Shown: positions 30,393 through 32,000 of the stretch, piece by piece
Layout of the letters: each line of letters opens with the position of its first letter
How positions within the stretch are numbered: position 1 is the stretch's first letter
Assembly (NCBI RefSeq): GCF_001272835.1
Contig: NZ_CP010546.1
Coordinates: 632,809-664,808, forward strand
Length of the DNA: 32,000 nucleotides
Origin: Mycoplasmoides pneumoniae FH
GTDB taxonomy: Bacteria > Bacillota_I > Bacilli_A > Mycoplasmatales > Mycoplasmoidaceae
Direction: 5' to 3'
The notes under the pieces: generated by a model
What the model was told of the DNA's origin: nothing
The model's input: only the letters and a program-made list of their open reading frames with translations
Database searches by the model: none
Translations under genes and position numbers: made by a program

Positions 30393-31373
30393 TTAAATTG
30401 AAACCCCTTTAATTAAACTAGCAAATCACGGTACTAGTTGGCTTTTAAACTGCCGTTGCGAGTAATTAGCCAGTAAGGGAAATTTCTGCTTATCTAATTG
30501 GGCAAAACTTAGATTTGTGGCATGTAAGGCTTGGTGTTTAAAATCGCGGTTACGGTTTTTAAATTGCAGTAATTGGTATTTTCTATCACCAACTAACTGG
30601 GTATTCAAGAGGTTTAAGCAAGCACGAATTTGGTGGGTTTTACCACTTACTAAGCGTATAGTAAGCAACGAAAGATCTAACTTAGTTAAGTACTTACTGT
30701 TTTCAAAAATGGTGGTAATCGGTTTAGCGTTAGGAAATGGTTTGGCCTTAACTGTTACCAAAGCTTGATAAGCATCTTTCGCTCAATAAGCTTTTTGTGT
30801 GCCCTTAAAATTAAATGGGCCAAACACTAATCCTTGGTATTGTTTCATTAACAAGTTATGGCGAAAAACCGCCTCTAACTCCTGTAATGCCTGGTTGGTT
30901 TTAGCACCTATTACCAAACCACAGGTATTACGATCAATTCGGTGCGCAAACCGTGGTATGAAGCTAAGACTGTTTTTAAAGTATTGATTATAACCACAGT
31001 GTTTCAGTAAGCTGTTAGCTAAATTAAACAGTTCGTGTTTAGCATCGGGTTGACACACTACACCCGCTGGTTTGTCCACCACAATGAGCTGTTCATCCTC
31101 AAAGATTACCTGCAAATCATCTTGGACTTGGGTTAAATCCACTACTTCGCTGTGGTTGTGTAAGTAAGGTTCAATTGCAAACTGAAAAACGATTGTATCA
31201 CCGCTGCTAACACGCTGACCTAATTTAGCCTTCGTGTTATTGAGCAAGACCTTACCTAAGCGCAACAATTTAAAGAACTGACTTAGCTTAATGTTGGGCA
31301 ACAACTTTAAACAAAACTTTTCAATCCTAACGTTTTCAACAGCTTTAGGCACTACAAACTTAGCTGTTGACAT
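30393..31373 (-). CDS. RluA-family (RluD-like) pseudouridine synthase with an S4 domain, 326 aa
   Basis: ORFs 30783..31373 and 30426..30761 are in frame. The stop at 30426 is TGA; the true TAA is at 30393..30395. HRIDRNTCGLV is the catalytic Asp motif; GKTHQIRACL is also present. The N-terminus is S4-like. Confidence 0.85.
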
Positions 31374-32000
31374 GCTTTTGTTTGGCTAAAAAGTCATCCA
31401 TAATTTCCACTAACTTCATAAACTGACGCTTGTCATCCAACACAAAGGCAGCAGCATACTTGTGCCCACCACCACCAAACATTTGCGCAAAGTTATTAAT
31501 CGGAATTGAGCGTGAACGAATGGAACCAATTCACTTCTTAATGTCTTCGTTAAAGTAACAAGTCGTCCAAATTTTGACTCCTTTGATGTTGTTTAAAGCG
31601 TGCACCATCGGTAGTGGTGAGACCACCCCAAACTGCTTATAAGTCCCTTTTTTAAGAAGTGCGTAAGCCAAACCATTCGGGGTGATCTTGGCTTTGTTTA
31701 AGACATAGCTAAAGTACTTGTGTTCTAAAAGTGGTTTTAGATAAACTGCATCATGAACCTTATTGCGGTTAAATCCAGTTTCTAGTAACTTAGCAGTTAA
31801 AGCAAAGGTTTGTGGGGTGGTAGCGGAACTGGAAAAGCGCTGTGTATCGGTAATAATACCCGCATAAATGTAAGCAGCCATCTCAGCATTAAGTTCATAA
31901 CCCATTTGCAAGATTAAGTAACCGACCATTTCTGCTGCTGCTGAAAAAGCCGGGTCAATCCATTCCAGATCAGCAAAACTCTCGGTTTTAGGATGGTGAT
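31360..32000 (-). CDS. nrnA: DHH/DHHA1 phosphoesterase (NrnA-like nanoRNase/pAp phosphatase), 5' end outside the window
   Basis: Track ORF 31531..31929 was extended through TGA 31531 to TAA 31360..31362. GIITDTQRF and GGGHKYAAAF (DHHA1 GGGH) are present. The frame stays open to the window edge. Confidence 0.8.

Noticed and set aside
28833-30987. ORFs 28833..29060 (+), 29869..30255 (+), 30517..30768 (+) and 30799..30987 (+).
   Set aside because: They are antisense shadows of fakA and the pseudouridine synthase gene.

Overview
Read with UGA as Trp (translation table 4), this window is a dense Mollicutes chromosome segment. The standard-code ORF track cuts nearly every gene at in-frame TGA codons; rejoining the pieces gives about 35 intact CDS, 3 tRNAs and almost no spacer. 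By eye and from memory (no search run), content and order match the Mycoplasma pneumoniae ileS-to-nrnA region, roughly MPN518-MPN549. In order: hypothetical, esterase, ileS, trmL, trmB, tRNA-His, lipoprotein, tRNA-Leu(GAG), a DUF16/UPF0134 coiled-coil gene, a DnaB/DnaD-like plus DnaI-like pair, tRNA-Leu(CAA), a membrane protein, ppa, recU, hup, hypothetical, clpB with a perfect CIRCE operator, a LicA-like kinase, ackA, a small membrane protein, hypothetical, ruvA, ruvB, dinB, rplJ, rplL, rpmF, rpsT, a membrane-anchored basic protein, fmt, a DUF2779-like nuclease-fold protein, rnc, plsX, fakA, an RluA-family pseudouridine synthase, and nrnA (5' end outside the window). Most of this is ordinary housekeeping. 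The one clearly accessory stretch is about 7160-8720: a tRNA-adjacent, repeat-bearing DUF16 islet with inward-facing inverted repeats, a translationally coupled upstream ORF and about 480 nt with no convincing ORF. Other items worth checking are a DnaI-like protein that appears to have lost both Walker motifs, a 664-aa DUF2779-like protein, an N-domain-less ClpB, and recU/ruvB allele states. I found no CRISPR array, transposase, integrase, toxin-antitoxin pair or recognisable defence system, and I do not claim a new system. All homology calls rest on motif recognition, not on database searches.
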